Of a stretch of 64,000 nt of DNA, positions 39,366 through 49,690 are shown piece by piece. The notes below the pieces were generated by a model. That model saw nothing but the letters and a program-made list of their open reading frames with translations. It was not told the origin of the DNA and ran no database searches. Origin of the DNA: Candidatus Rifleibacteriota bacterium (GTDB taxonomy: Bacteria > Vulcanimicrobiota > Xenobia > Xenobiales > Xenobiaceae); assembly GCA_900772775.1 (NCBI GenBank), contig CAAGRW010000134.1, forward strand, positions 6,866 to 70,865. The letters are read 5' to 3'. The position numbers and the translations under genes are program-made. Positions within the stretch are counted from its first letter, which is position 1. Each line of letters begins with the position of its first letter.

Positions 39366-40676
39366 CTATTTCTGTTGACTTTTAATCCAATCTTGCAAAG
39401 GCATTTGCACTTGCTCGCCGGTTTTTAAGTCTTTAACTTCAACCAGTTGAGCTTCCTCTGTATATTGGTGGGGGAAGAGCATGAAAGGAATACCTTTGCG
39501 ATCGGCGTAGCGAATTTGCTTTTTCAAAGCGGCTACTTCGTGGAAAATTTCCGTAGGAATATTGTGCTCACGCAAAGTGGCGGCTATAGCGCGGCAAGCG
39601 GGGCGCAATTCTTCGCTGGGCCAGCTAATAAGCACTTGAGTGGGAGTCTGGCGCGAGCAATCCAAAGCATTTTGAGCGAATAAGTGAGAGATAAGGCGGC
39701 TAAGGCCGATACTTATACCCACACCGGGCAACTTACGATTGATAAATTGGGAAGCTAAGTTCTCATAACGTCCGCCGGAGCAAATACTGCCTAAGCTAGG
39801 ATAGTCTGGCAACATAGTTTCGTAGATCGTGCCAGTGTAATAGTCTAAGCCTCGCACAATACCCAAATTAAAGATTAAATTTTCGCTGCCGATATGGGAA
39901 AGTTCATCAGCGACAAAGGCCAATTCTTCCAAGCCTTTTTGGAAAATTTCGTTGTCGGTGCCCAACTCTTTAGCTTTAGCTAAAACTTCTTGAGGAGCGC
40001 CTTTTAATGAACACAAAGCCAAGCACTTATCGGCTGTCGCTTCGTCAATTTCCAATTTAGTAAGAGCTTCTCGGACTTTATCGGCGCCAATTTTGTCAAT
40101 TTTGTCAACTTCGCGCAAAACGTCGGCACTCTTAGCTTCATCTAAACCTAAGCTTTGGTAGTAGCCTAAAAGCACTTTGCGGTTGTTGATATTGATTTGG
40201 GCGCGAATGCCTAATTTTTGGAAAATTTCGTGAATAACGGCGGGCAACTCGGCGTCGAAACTTAAAGGCAATTCGCCGTCGCCGATAACGTCGATGTCAG
40301 CTTGGTAAAATTCACGGAAGCGCCCTTCCTGGGGACGTTCGCCGCGCCAAACTTTTTGAATTTGCCAGCGCTTGAAGGGGAAATTAACCGCACCGCTATT
40401 TTGAGCTACGTAACGAGCTAAAGGTACGGTTAAATCAAAATGCAAAGCCATCTCCCAGCGGCCGGGAGTACCCTGCAAACGGCCTAAACCGTATATTTCT
40501 TTGTTTATTTCGCCTTTGGCGGCCAATATAGAGACGCGCTCTACAGCGCTAGTTTCGAGGCGGGAGAAACCATGTAACTCATATACGCTGCGGATAATAT
40601 CTATCACACGCTGTTCGGCAATTTGCTGGCCGGGGAGCCATTCGGGAAAACCGCTTAAAGGAGTAGGTTTGATCAT
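39366..40676 (-). CDS. hisS: Histidine--tRNA ligase
   Basis: Class II motifs (...FRGERPQEGRFREFYQADIDVIG..., ...CSGGRYENLASQF...) plus a C-terminal anticodon-binding domain. Start at the ATG at 40676 (MIKPTPLSGFPEWLPG) with a GAGAG RBS. The ORF track adds 17 codons upstream. Confidence 0.9.
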   Translation of the reverse strand: MIKPTPLSGFPEWLPGQQIAEQRVIDIIRSVYELHGFSRLETSAVERVSILAAKGEINKEIYGLGRLQGTPGRWEMALHFDLTVPLARYVAQNSGAVNFPFKRWQIQKVWRGERPQEGRFREFYQADIDVIGDGELPLSFDAELPAVIHEIFQKLGIRAQININNRKVLLGYYQSLGLDEAKSADVLREVDKIDKIGADKVREALTKLEIDEATADKCLALCSLKGAPQEVLAKAKELGTDNEIFQKGLEELAFVADELSHIGSENLIFNLGIVRGLDYYTGTIYETMLPDYPSLGSICSGGRYENLASQFINRKLPGVGISIGLSRLISHLFAQNALDCSRQTPTQVLISWPSEELRPACRAIAATLREHNIPTEIFHEVAALKKQIRYADRKGIPFMLFPHQYTEEAQLVEVKDLKTGEQVQMPLQDWIKSQQK

Positions 40677-40764
40677 ATATTTATTTCTCTCTAAATGCAA
40701 AAAAACAGCCTCAAGGAAAAATTCCACGAGGCTGCTGTTCTAAAATCCAGAAATAAGAAGCAGA

Positions 40765-41193
40765 TTACTTCTCAGACTGGTTCTCCAACCACTGGTAGAA
40801 CGGGATCGTGCGAGCTGAACGTACGCGGTTGCGGTTGTCAGCGCGGACTTCGATCTTGGAACCAACGCGGATAGCGTCGAAGGAAGGAGTGTACTGAGTC
40901 AAGTTTTCGTACAGGTAGAAGTTGGCAATGTCATCTTCAGAACCGTCGATATCGACGCTCATGTACTTACCGTCGACGTACACGACTTCGCCGGTGAAAT
41001 CCTTCTGCCAGGTTACGCCGGCGTCAGGAGTACCGAACTCCAAGTTCTCGGGACCCATCCAAGTAGTATACCATACGCCAGGAGCCATCTGATGATTAGA
41101 CTGGACGTCTGTTTCCGCTGTTGCGACACCAGCCGAAGCGCAGATTACGGCCGCCATGAACGCGGTGCAAGCTAAATTACGGAGAGCCTTCAT
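40765..41193 (-). CDS. Small secreted hypothetical protein
   Basis: Perfect RBS AAGGAGGTG 8 nt upstream of the ATG at 41193. Signal peptide MKALRNLACTAFMAAVICASAGVATA. The ORF-track extension to 41352 is unlikely. Confidence 0.65.
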   Translation of the reverse strand: MKALRNLACTAFMAAVICASAGVATAETDVQSNHQMAPGVWYTTWMGPENLEFGTPDAGVTWQKDFTGEVVYVDGKYMSVDIDGSEDDIANFYLYENLTQYTPSFDAIRVGSKIEVRADNRNRVRSARTIPFYQWLENQSEK

Positions 41194-41566
41194 TTCGTGT
41201 TTCACCTCCTTGATTAAGAACTCAACCGCAACGGCTATGCAGCCAACTGCGGCGGGGCGATCTCTGGTCTGAGACCTAAGATTATGCTGGCAAGTTCGCC
41301 TAAAATCTTTCTTACCCTGCCCGAACCCAGGAATATTTTCGCGTCTGCACATCTGAAAATCCGGGGCAGGCCAAAATCTTTCAAAAGGTTGGGAGTTCTC
41401 ACAGTCCCACCTTATGCGCCGACCTAAAAATAATTCCTTCCTGAGCCTATCTTTTTTTTATAATTTTTAGCAAGTTGAGGTTAAAAAATGCGGATTTTGT
41501 GGCCATATTGAAAAAAAAACTTATTTTTGCTAGTTTGAAGCTGAAGTTTTTTTTCAGGTGATCTTT

Positions 41567-42571
41567 ATGTTTTGGCAATCTTTAGGCGTCGGTTCTCTAA
41601 TAAATTTAGTCGGTGACAATAATCAAAAGCGTGACGTTAGTCTCATTCAGCAGCAAAGTTTAGTCTCTTTGCGCGATGAATTAAACAAACTTTTGGCTTC
41701 CAGTCAAAATGATATTGACGCCGATTTTGAAGAAGATGGTTCTTTGGAGGCTAAAGCCCAATTAGCTGAAGCCTTAAATCAATTTACTTCTCCGGAAGAA
41801 AGCAATGAAGCTGTAGCTCAAATGCAAAGCAACTATTATGCCGAAAAACAGCGGCTCAGCTCCAATCTAAGCGCTCGTTTGGCCGACTTAAAAGCAGATT
41901 TTTACGATCAATATTGTCTGAAAAATCGCGAATTGCCCAGCGGAGCTGTCGAGCTTGTATTAGATGAAAATGATCAGCCCGAATTAGTAGAAGGCTACGA
42001 AACGCCAGAACTTAAGATCTTGCGCGGCAAGTGGGAAGCTGAGCAACGTCGCCGTCTGATTGAAAAGCAAGATTTAGAGCGTGATGAATTTTTAGCTCAG
42101 TGGAAAAGCAAGCTTTTGGAATTTTTGCAAGACAATAAAAGGCGCTTTATTGTCGATAGAGTTTATAACGAATTATTTGAGATGCTTATGGAAATGCGCT
42201 CGGCGGCTGTAGAAATTGTTTTGCGCCAAGATAGAGAGCGCTGGATGTTAGAAATACCTCATGAAGAGGAAATTCAGGCTGTAGCTGAAGCTGGCCTAAA
42301 TGAATTGGAAGAGTTGTGTCGTCAAGAAGCGGCCTTAGAGCGTGAATCTCCCGATATGCAAGAAATTCTCAATTTTGAACGGGAGCTGGCTGCTTATATC
42401 TATCAGTGCCGTCACGAATTGCGCCGCAAACACTACGACGATAGCGATTTCCTCGATTTGCGCGGCGGTTTGCAAGCTCGTCAAGAAGAATATATCGATT
42501 TTACTGAAGCTCTGCCAGCCCATATTGTCAGTTGTTTGGACGATTTGGGTTTAGATAATGACAGCTTATAA
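41567..42571 (+). CDS. Acidic coiled-coil hypothetical protein
   Basis: GGTGA RBS 5 nt before the ATG at 41567. E/D/Q/L-rich helical repeats with no hydrophobic segments. Confidence 0.55.
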   Translation: MFWQSLGVGSLINLVGDNNQKRDVSLIQQQSLVSLRDELNKLLASSQNDIDADFEEDGSLEAKAQLAEALNQFTSPEESNEAVAQMQSNYYAEKQRLSSNLSARLADLKADFYDQYCLKNRELPSGAVELVLDENDQPELVEGYETPELKILRGKWEAEQRRRLIEKQDLERDEFLAQWKSKLLEFLQDNKRRFIVDRVYNELFEMLMEMRSAAVEIVLRQDRERWMLEIPHEEEIQAVAEAGLNELEELCRQEAALERESPDMQEILNFERELAAYIYQCRHELRRKHYDDSDFLDLRGGLQARQEEYIDFTEALPAHIVSCLDDLGLDNDSL

Positions 42572-42629
42572 ATCGGCTTTTGGGGGTTGACGCCAAGTTG
42601 AGTGAGGCTTGGCGCCAACTTTAGTTATA

Positions 42630-43922
42630 TTAGGAGCGGCCTACGCCATAGTAGCGGAAATTGTGTTCGGCCATACGTTTAGGCTCAAAGAGATTGCGTC
42701 CATCTAATACTATCGGAGCGGCCATATAGCGGTGCACCTTCAGTAAATCGGTGCTCTTAAACTGAGGCCATTCGGTGCAAATAATAAGAGCTTGAGCTTG
42801 CTTGCAAGCTTCTAAAGCACTTTCACACATGATCGCTTCGGGAAGTAGTTGGGCCGCTTTTTCCATAGCCGCTGGATCGTAACACTTCACTTGAGCGCCT
42901 TCTTGGATAAGGGCTTGGATTATTTCTACTGCCGGAGCAAAACGCAAGTCGTCGGTATGGGGCTTAAAAGACAAGCCCCACACCGCTAGGCGTAAACCGC
43001 GCAAGTTGGGATAGAGCTTTTGCAATTGCTCCAAAGCCCAGCGGCGCTGAGCATTATTTACTTTTTCTACAGCTTCCAGCAACTCAAAATTGTAACCTAA
43101 ATCCTTGGCTATTCTAATATAGGCCGCCACATCTTTAGGTAAACACATACCGCCGTAGCCTATGCCCGCTTCCATAGAGGCCATACCAATACGATGGTCA
43201 AGGCCGATACCTTTGGCTACTTTTTTTATATCTGCTCCGGAGCGCTGGCAAACTTGGGCCACAGAATTGATAAAAGATATTTTTAGAGCCAAAAAAGCAT
43301 TGGCCGAGTGTTTAATAAGTTCGGCTGAATTTATATCGGTAATGAGCAACGGAGCATTTAAGGGCTCGTAAAGCTCCACCAATAAAGAGGAAGCCTTTTG
43401 GGAAGAAACGCCTATAACTACTCTATCAGGGTGCAAAAAGTCGCTAATAGCTGTGCCTTCGCGCAAAAATTCCGGATTGGAAGCGACGTCAAATTCGACA
43501 CCTTTGGCGGCATAAGTGCTTATGGTACGCTTAACCCATTCGCCGGTACGCACAGGCACGGTGCTTTTTTCCACAATAAGGCGATAACTATCCATATTGC
43601 CGGCGATTTCTTTGGAAACTGCTTCTACAAAAGAAAGATCGGCCCGCCCGTCTGGCAAAGGCGGCGTATTGACACATATAAAAATGATTTGGCTACAGCG
43701 CACCGCTTCGGCAATACTGGAAGAAAAACGCAAACGTCCTTCGGCAGTATAAATTTTTATCAGTTGCTCTAGGCCGGGCTCGTAAATAGGACACTCCTGG
43801 CGTTGCAAGCGGGCCAACTTTTCTAAATCATTATCTACCGCTACAATGTTGTGCCCCAATTCGGCCAGACAGGCACTGGTTACCAGACCGACATAACCAC
43901 AGCCTATAATACTTATGTCCAT
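42630..43922 (-). CDS. ugd: Nucleotide-sugar (UDP-glucose-type) 6-dehydrogenase
   Basis: N-terminal GCGYVGLVTSACLAELGH Rossmann motif, catalytic GYGGMCLPKDV, and a central dimerisation and C-terminal UDP-binding layout. 430 aa. Confidence 0.85.
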   Translation of the reverse strand: MDISIIGCGYVGLVTSACLAELGHNIVAVDNDLEKLARLQRQECPIYEPGLEQLIKIYTAEGRLRFSSSIAEAVRCSQIIFICVNTPPLPDGRADLSFVEAVSKEIAGNMDSYRLIVEKSTVPVRTGEWVKRTISTYAAKGVEFDVASNPEFLREGTAISDFLHPDRVVIGVSSQKASSLLVELYEPLNAPLLITDINSAELIKHSANAFLALKISFINSVAQVCQRSGADIKKVAKGIGLDHRIGMASMEAGIGYGGMCLPKDVAAYIRIAKDLGYNFELLEAVEKVNNAQRRWALEQLQKLYPNLRGLRLAVWGLSFKPHTDDLRFAPAVEIIQALIQEGAQVKCYDPAAMEKAAQLLPEAIMCESALEACKQAQALIICTEWPQFKSTDLLKVHRYMAAPIVLDGRNLFEPKRMAEHNFRYYGVGRS

Positions 43923-44101
43923 TTTGTTTCTCTCCTAAAACGGCGCTTGTGTCCGCCCAGCGCATTTTGCTAAAACAATAGGCTTTCACCTTCTCAAAAA
44001 GGCCACAAAATGCGCTTTTTAGGGCAGAAAAATATTCCGCTTCGGCGCAAAATCAGGCAAAGCCGCTTTGTCGGCAGCTCAAAGATAAAGTAGCCGAAGC
44101 T

Positions 44102-46234
44102 CTATTTGGCAAAATGGGGTTGCTCGCCCAGCTCTAGAGTGAGCGTTTTTAATTTGGGACTCTTTATAAAGATGCGAGCATTATCGGCGGCCGTTTCCAA
44201 ATTGAAGCAAGCTGCACCGCGTCTGTCGGTCTGGCCTTGATAAAGAACTTGCCCTTGCGCATCTTCTACACTAAATGGCGACAAAGGTAAAGCGTTGTGC
44301 CACTCGTCCTCAACTAACACCTTTAAGGTTAAAGCCAACTTGGAAGAAGCTGGCGTAGTAGCCTCTTGTACACGCAAGCTAGGCACCGGAGAAGCTGGCG
44401 AAGCCTCGCTCGGTTTCGAAGTTTCCGCTTCGCCCAAATCGATTAGACCTTTTAAAGGCTGCTCTGGAATGGGCGCTTCCAAGTTGTCCTCGTCGGGCTG
44501 GGCCTGAGCCAGGGTTTGGCTGGTGGACGGGCAAGCGGTAGGCTGAGCTAATGTCGAAGTTTGGCTACTGCTAGCCGATAAAGCAGTGGTGCGTCGGACA
44601 CAGTCGCTCAGCTGGACGATTAGCTTATGTGGCTCTCCGCTCTCCAGGCGCATATTGGCCGTGCCTTTAGAAAACAAGCCACAAGCGGTGAGGTTAGCTG
44701 TACCTGGAGAGCGCAAAGAATGCACTTCAAATTCGGCCCGCCCATCTTTAGTAACCACCTGACTAGGGCAGCTCAGGCCCAGCCCGTAAAGCTCGAGCAC
44801 CGTACCGTCGGGCACAGGGTTGCCTTTAGAATTTAAAGCCAAAATGGAAGCTTGGCCTTTGTCGCGACCGTCGCTTTTTAAGGTTTTGGGCAAGTCGATC
44901 TTAATTAAACTTGGGTAAGCGGTGCCGCGACTGTCTTTTAGCACTAAAGCGTCGCCAATGGGACGTTGGTAAGTGCCTGCCTGGGGGCCGTTGCCTACGA
45001 TATTGGGGCCTATAGCCATGCCTACGGAGCCGCCGCCATCGAGGTTGAGCGCTTCAGTCATGCCTTTTTTCTGCAAATATTTGGCCAAGACGGGCAGCTT
45101 CCAGCCTTGACTGTGACTGTCGCGGGCGCCGGATAAGGTGGCCAGCATCATTTGGTCTTTGTTGTAGGCAATAAGGCTGCGACCGCAGGCTCTAGTAATA
45201 TCGTTGCCTTTGGGCCCCAGCTCTTCAGCGTCGGCAGTAATATAAAGTTGGCCGTTTTTTAATAAAGTGGGGCCCGCTCCCAAAGCCATACGCAAGGGAG
45301 GAGTAGGCTGGCCATTGAGGCGCACTACTTGGCCCTTTATAGCTTTAAGGCGATCAATAAAAGGCTGCCCGTCTTTAGTAAAGGCAATCACGCTGCGGGC
45401 GGGGCGGCGGCCTACGTGGGGCGAAATGAGCTTGCCGTCTTTGACTACTAAGCCGAGCAAGCCGCCGTTAGGCATGTTGAAAAAACCGCCGTTAATGCCA
45501 GCAACGGCCCCTTCTTCTTGGGGCACGATCTTGCTTAGCACAGCTACTGTGTGGGGATTGTTGTTATTAGCTAAAGCCACATCTACACTTACATGTGGAT
45601 CGGAACGATCAAAAAGAAGCTGGTTCCAAAGCAAAGTGCCAAAGGTTGGATCTTTGATAAGTTGGCGGCTCCAAGTTATGCCTGGAGAAATTTTGTAAGT
45701 TGAAGGCAGTGGCTTAGGAGTAGTGTCTATATCTACTACCAGGCGATGGGGCTCTTTAAGCTTAAAAAATGAGACTTTATCTGTTTGTAAAGCTGAAGCA
45801 AAATTTATAGTAAAGCGGCTGCGGTTTAAATCGGGCCAGCTAACTTGCCAACTTTTGATAGCTTTGCTTTTGGGGGCGCCTTCCGGCTTTACATTACTTT
45901 GACGGGTATTTATTAAGTCTATAATTAAACTTTTACCTTGGTTGCTGAAACTGTAATCAAAAACTGGCTCGGCTTGGGTATTGAGTACTAAACGCACTTT
46001 AGAGCCGGAAGCTGAATGGCGTATAGCTTCCAAACTATTGAATTTGCCTGCGTCAGAATTGAGTGGCTCGCTAATAAGGCTATTCTCAGCTACAGCCGGA
46101 GTGGCCGCAGCCGGGCGCAGACGATTATTTTCAGCTTTAGCCGCTTGGGCTGTTTGCAAAGTAGTGGGCAACCATAAACCGACACTTAAAGTGGCTGCCA
46201 ATATAAGGATGTAAGAAAAACGATGGCTATTCAT
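44102..46234 (-). CDS. Secreted phosphodiester-glycosidase family protein (NAGPA/DUF2233-like) with an N-terminal AMIN-like domain and C-terminal Ig-like/low-complexity regions
   Basis: Signal peptide. ...GGFFNMPNGGLLGLVVKDGKL... and the hallmark ...ALNLDGGGSVGMA... of phosphodiester glycosidases. Confidence 0.65.
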   Translation of the reverse strand: MNSHRFSYILILAATLSVGLWLPTTLQTAQAAKAENNRLRPAAATPAVAENSLISEPLNSDAGKFNSLEAIRHSASGSKVRLVLNTQAEPVFDYSFSNQGKSLIIDLINTRQSNVKPEGAPKSKAIKSWQVSWPDLNRSRFTINFASALQTDKVSFFKLKEPHRLVVDIDTTPKPLPSTYKISPGITWSRQLIKDPTFGTLLWNQLLFDRSDPHVSVDVALANNNNPHTVAVLSKIVPQEEGAVAGINGGFFNMPNGGLLGLVVKDGKLISPHVGRRPARSVIAFTKDGQPFIDRLKAIKGQVVRLNGQPTPPLRMALGAGPTLLKNGQLYITADAEELGPKGNDITRACGRSLIAYNKDQMMLATLSGARDSHSQGWKLPVLAKYLQKKGMTEALNLDGGGSVGMAIGPNIVGNGPQAGTYQRPIGDALVLKDSRGTAYPSLIKIDLPKTLKSDGRDKGQASILALNSKGNPVPDGTVLELYGLGLSCPSQVVTKDGRAEFEVHSLRSPGTANLTACGLFSKGTANMRLESGEPHKLIVQLSDCVRRTTALSASSSQTSTLAQPTACPSTSQTLAQAQPDEDNLEAPIPEQPLKGLIDLGEAETSKPSEASPASPVPSLRVQEATTPASSKLALTLKVLVEDEWHNALPLSPFSVEDAQGQVLYQGQTDRRGAACFNLETAADNARIFIKSPKLKTLTLELGEQPHFAK

Positions 46235-46383
46235 AATTTGTCTTTGTCTATTTGGGGGAAGTTAAAAAGAACAACAGCCCCCTCAGCTTAAGCGAAGGAG
46301 GCTGAATTTAATTTAAAGCGAGCTTAATTTTGACCAATTAAGCATACGCTTTTATCAATTATCATTTAGACATAGAGTACAAT

Positions 46384-47094
46384 CTAAAATGGTTTATTGC
46401 CTTCGCATTCATAAATATCGCCGGCAGCCATTACTTGCACTTTTTTGCCTGTCTCTTCTTCAACTAAGCGCTTAAATTCTTGCGGATCGGCTTTGACGAC
46501 CGGGAAAGTATTAAAGTGCATAGGTATCACTTCTTTGGGCTTAAGCATTTTGACCGCTTCTACGGCTTCTTCTATATCCATAGTGAAAGTACCGCCGATA
46601 GGTAAAAGGGCCAAATCTAAATCGTAGCGCTTGCCAATAAGTTCCATGTCGCCGAAAAGTCCGGTGTCACCGGAATGATAAATAGTTACGCCGCCTATAT
46701 TAAGCACGATACCTACGGAAGCGCCGGCGTATTTGCCTTCGAAAGAAGAACTATGCGTAGCTGGAACTAAGCGCATCCAGCCCCAGGAAAAATGTAATTT
46801 GCCACCCAGAGCGCAAGGGAAAGTTTTTACGCCTTTGGCTGCTAAAAGATTGGCCAATTCAAAAGGAGCTACTACAGTTGCACCGTGTAATTTTGCCAAA
46901 GATTCGGCGTCGCCGCTATGATCGCCGTGGCCGTGAGTCAGCAAAATGTGAGAAAAGACCAACCCTTTGGGTAAGCTTTGGCCTTGCATATGAGGGTTGC
47001 CTGTAATAAAAGGATCGATAATAACGGCTTGCTTATCTTCTGTTTCTAAAGCAAAAGCGGAATGGCCGAAGTAATGGACGCGAATTTTGGACAC
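46384..47094 (-). CDS. MBL-fold metal-dependent hydrolase (UPF0173-like)
   Basis: HILLTHGHGDHSGD motif. 236 aa. Confidence 0.8.
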   Translation of the reverse strand: MSKIRVHYFGHSAFALETEDKQAVIIDPFITGNPHMQGQSLPKGLVFSHILLTHGHGDHSGDAESLAKLHGATVVAPFELANLLAAKGVKTFPCALGGKLHFSWGWMRLVPATHSSSFEGKYAGASVGIVLNIGGVTIYHSGDTGLFGDMELIGKRYDLDLALLPIGGTFTMDIEEAVEAVKMLKPKEVIPMHFNTFPVVKADPQEFKRLVEEETGKKVQVMAAGDIYECEGNKPF

Positions 47095-47154
47095 GATTTT
47101 CCCTCCTTGACTACTTATCTAAAAGTATTAAACAGCGAGTCTATTGCAAAATAG

Positions 47155-47562
47155 CTAACCGAGGTGGGTCAGTTTAAGGAAATTTTCCAGGCGCTTTTGA
47201 GAGCAGCTCTTTAAGTAGTTGTCGAGTTGACGTTTTTCTTTGGCTTTGCGCTCTAAAAGAAGCCTAAACTCGCGATAGGGGGCCGGGCTAGACAGGGCGT
47301 CGGTAAGCCTGGAGGCCAAAGCTTTGTCAGCTACAATTTTAATAAATCCTTGTAACTCGGCATAACGCTCAGGGCCGGTCTTTTTGGGGATTTGTACAAA
47401 ACGCTTGGCGTCGGCAGCCATATCGCGTTTGAATCTTTCAATGCCTTGCGGATCTTGCAAACTGACTTTGCGTACAGTTTGTAATTTTATATCGGCAAAC
47501 CACTGTACGCCGGGATCGCTTTCATTTAAAGCCTCGATGAGTTTGGCATGATCTATGGCCAT
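47155..47562 (-). CDS. Hypothetical cytoplasmic protein
   Basis: 135-aa ORF in an operon-like position. No recognisable motif. Confidence 0.5.
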   Translation of the reverse strand: MAIDHAKLIEALNESDPGVQWFADIKLQTVRKVSLQDPQGIERFKRDMAADAKRFVQIPKKTGPERYAELQGFIKIVADKALASRLTDALSSPAPYREFRLLLERKAKEKRQLDNYLKSCSQKRLENFLKLTHLG

Positions 47563-47656
47563 TATTGCTTAGCCCTCCTTTGTTGCTGCACTGCCGATCT
47601 TGATATTCGGCGTCTTTGACTATTCCAATTGCTTAAGCTTGGCCCCTTCTCCCTTT

Positions 47657-48181
47657 CTATTTAGCTAGACGGCGCAACAAAGCGGAAGCGGAAGCGGCCA
47701 TGCCCTCACCTTGGCCACAAAATCCCATCTTTTCTGTGGTAGTAGCTTTTACACTGACGGCTGCGTCGGCTACACCCAAGGCGGTGGCAATATTGTGAGC
47801 CATAGTGGCAAAATAAGGAGAGATTTTGGGCTTTTGAGCGATTAAAATTGCGTCAATATTGACAATTTCGTAACCTTCGCGCTTAACCAAATCGGCTACG
47901 GCGGCGGCCAATTTTAAAGAATCGGCTCCTTTCCACTTAGGATCCGTGTCGGGGAAATGGACGCCAATATCAGCCAGTTTGGCTGCACCTAAAAGGGCGT
48001 CCATAACGGCATGTACCAAAACATCGGCGTCAGAATGGCCCAAAAGACCAAGCTCGTAAGGGATATTAACACCGCCAACTATTAAAGGGCGTCCTTCGAC
48101 AAGCCTGTGCACATCAAAGCCTAAACCGGTGCGGAATTGAGTCTGTTCTCTGATAAGTTCGATTATGTCTTGTCTATCCAT
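47657..48181 (-). CDS. ispF: 2-C-methyl-D-erythritol 2,4-cyclodiphosphate synthase
   Basis: [70 protein letters not shown]... is collinear with IspF. Start at the ATG at 48181 with an AGGAAAGG RBS. Confidence 0.9.
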   Translation of the reverse strand: MDRQDIIELIREQTQFRTGLGFDVHRLVEGRPLIVGGVNIPYELGLLGHSDADVLVHAVMDALLGAAKLADIGVHFPDTDPKWKGADSLKLAAAVADLVKREGYEIVNIDAILIAQKPKISPYFATMAHNIATALGVADAAVSVKATTTEKMGFCGQGEGMAASASALLRRLAK

Positions 48182-48237
48182 AGAGGAGAGCCTTTCCTGA
48201 AAAACAACCGCCATCTAAACGGTATCTATTTTTGGCG

Positions 48238-48280
48238 AAAAAAAAGAGACGTAGAGTCAAAAAATTCGACGCTTCGTCTC
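48238..48280 (-). terminator. Rho-independent terminator (minus strand) after the 48339..48881 gene
   Basis: AGAGACG...CGTCTCT stem followed on the minus strand by 7 T plus T-rich sequence. Confidence 0.6.
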
Positions 48281-48338
48281 TCTTAGCCTTAATATATCTT
48301 CCTGTTGAGGAAAACAAACTAAAAAAACTTTATAAAAA

Positions 48339-48881
48339 TTAAGCGATGCGCACACCGTCTGTGTTGTAAATACCTTCGCTGATAGTAGAGGGACCATTAA
48401 GGAACATTTCTACTCCGGCCACTTGTTCAGTTTGAGCATCGTCGACAGCTGCCGTAGAGCTTACGGAAGAGGAATGCAAATCGGAAGGTTGCTGTATATC
48501 ATCTATCAGAGCGATAGTACCTAAGCTGGAAACAGCTAATTCTTTAACTTGGTTCTGCGTATTGACAGAAGCTGAAGAAGCATCGGCAATTAAGAAACCG
48601 TCAAATTCACTGCTGGTTAAGCCGTGCTTGGCGGAAGCTGTAGCCGAAGTAAAACTATCAACACTTACAGAGGGCTTAGAATCTGTTTGCTCGGAGGCGA
48701 GAGTAACGGACTCCAGCGAATCGGTATAGGTGAGATCCGAACCGATATTTACTTGATCAAGCTGCTGCTCGGGTTCGACATTGACGGAGGGGCGCTCGCG
48801 CTGAGCGGAAGCTGCTTGACCGTAGCTTAAAGCGCCCGCAGAACGGACGGTGTGCATTCCAGCCAAATTGATCTCGTTCAT
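48339..48881 (-). CDS. Ser/Thr/Asp-rich hypothetical protein
   Basis: GGAGGG RBS 8 nt before the ATG at 48881 (MNEINLAGMHT...). Low-complexity S/T-rich body. Confidence 0.5.
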   Translation of the reverse strand: MNEINLAGMHTVRSAGALSYGQAASAQRERPSVNVEPEQQLDQVNIGSDLTYTDSLESVTLASEQTDSKPSVSVDSFTSATASAKHGLTSSEFDGFLIADASSASVNTQNQVKELAVSSLGTIALIDDIQQPSDLHSSSVSSTAAVDDAQTEQVAGVEMFLNGPSTISEGIYNTDGVRIA

Positions 48882-49345
48882 ATAAATAACCCTCCAAAGG
48901 CTGAGCCCCATTTCTCAGGGTGCAGCCACAAAGACGCAGTCTCGCTGCTTACTTAATCCTTACTCGGAAATATATCTGAAAGTACCCGACAGCCAAACCA
49001 AAAGAGCTGCCAGGCCTATCAAAACTTCAGCCATGCCGAAAGATAACAAACTCAAAAAAGCTTTAAAACAGTAGTTAAAAACTTCAAATGAGAGCTTTTC
49101 GGGCATAGCCGAAAGTAAAATTCTGTTCTTTTGGTTCGCAAGGATATATTAGAAACAGGAGCTCTTAAAGTCAACGAACATAATGGGCCGTTTTGTTAAA
49201 ATCTGGTAGGAAAGGCTGTAAAGGTTTTGCCGCTCAAAAAATAGAAAATCGGCCTCGCGTTTGGTTGTGCAGCCCAGAATAGTTCTTAAACTTTTTTTTC
49301 GGCTGAAAGCAGCCAATTCTTTCGTATTCGGAGAAGGCTAAAATT

Positions 49346-49660
49346 ATGGAGATTACCACTAAGATCGTCCCTCAACCCGAAGTCGGAGGCAATGAAGTTA
49401 CTCTGGCTCTAAACGGGCGCTTCGGCAACAATTCCGCTTCCGAAGTAGAGAGTGCTGTTCAGGAAATTATCGGCTCGTGCCGCAGATTGGTTTTTGATTT
49501 TGCGGGTGTGGATTATATTTCCAGTGCCGGTTTGCGCGTTTTACTTATGGCCAAGAAAAAATTGGGCTCGGGGGTTGAAGTTAGCGTAATTAACGCCAAT
49601 GATGTTGTCAAAGAAATTTTCGATATTTCCGGCTTTTCCAAAATATTGCAAGTTCAATAA
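49346..49660 (+). CDS. STAS-domain anti-sigma-factor antagonist (SpoIIAA/RsbV-like)
   Basis: 104 aa. ...DFAGVDYISSAGLRVLL... carries the phosphorylatable Ser in its canonical position. Confidence 0.8.
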   Translation: MEITTKIVPQPEVGGNEVTLALNGRFGNNSASEVESAVQEIIGSCRRLVFDFAGVDYISSAGLRVLLMAKKKLGSGVEVSVINANDVVKEIFDISGFSKILQVQ

Positions 49661-49690
49661 ATAAGTACCTAAGCTCCTAAACTGAACAAT

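Noticed and set aside
47657-48214. ORF-track N-terminal extensions for ispF (to 48214), hisS (to 40727), the MBL gene (to 15339) and the small secreted protein (to 41352)
   Set aside because: In each case a downstream ATG with a good RBS restores the conserved N-terminus or signal peptide. The extensions add non-conserved residues or overlap neighbouring genes.
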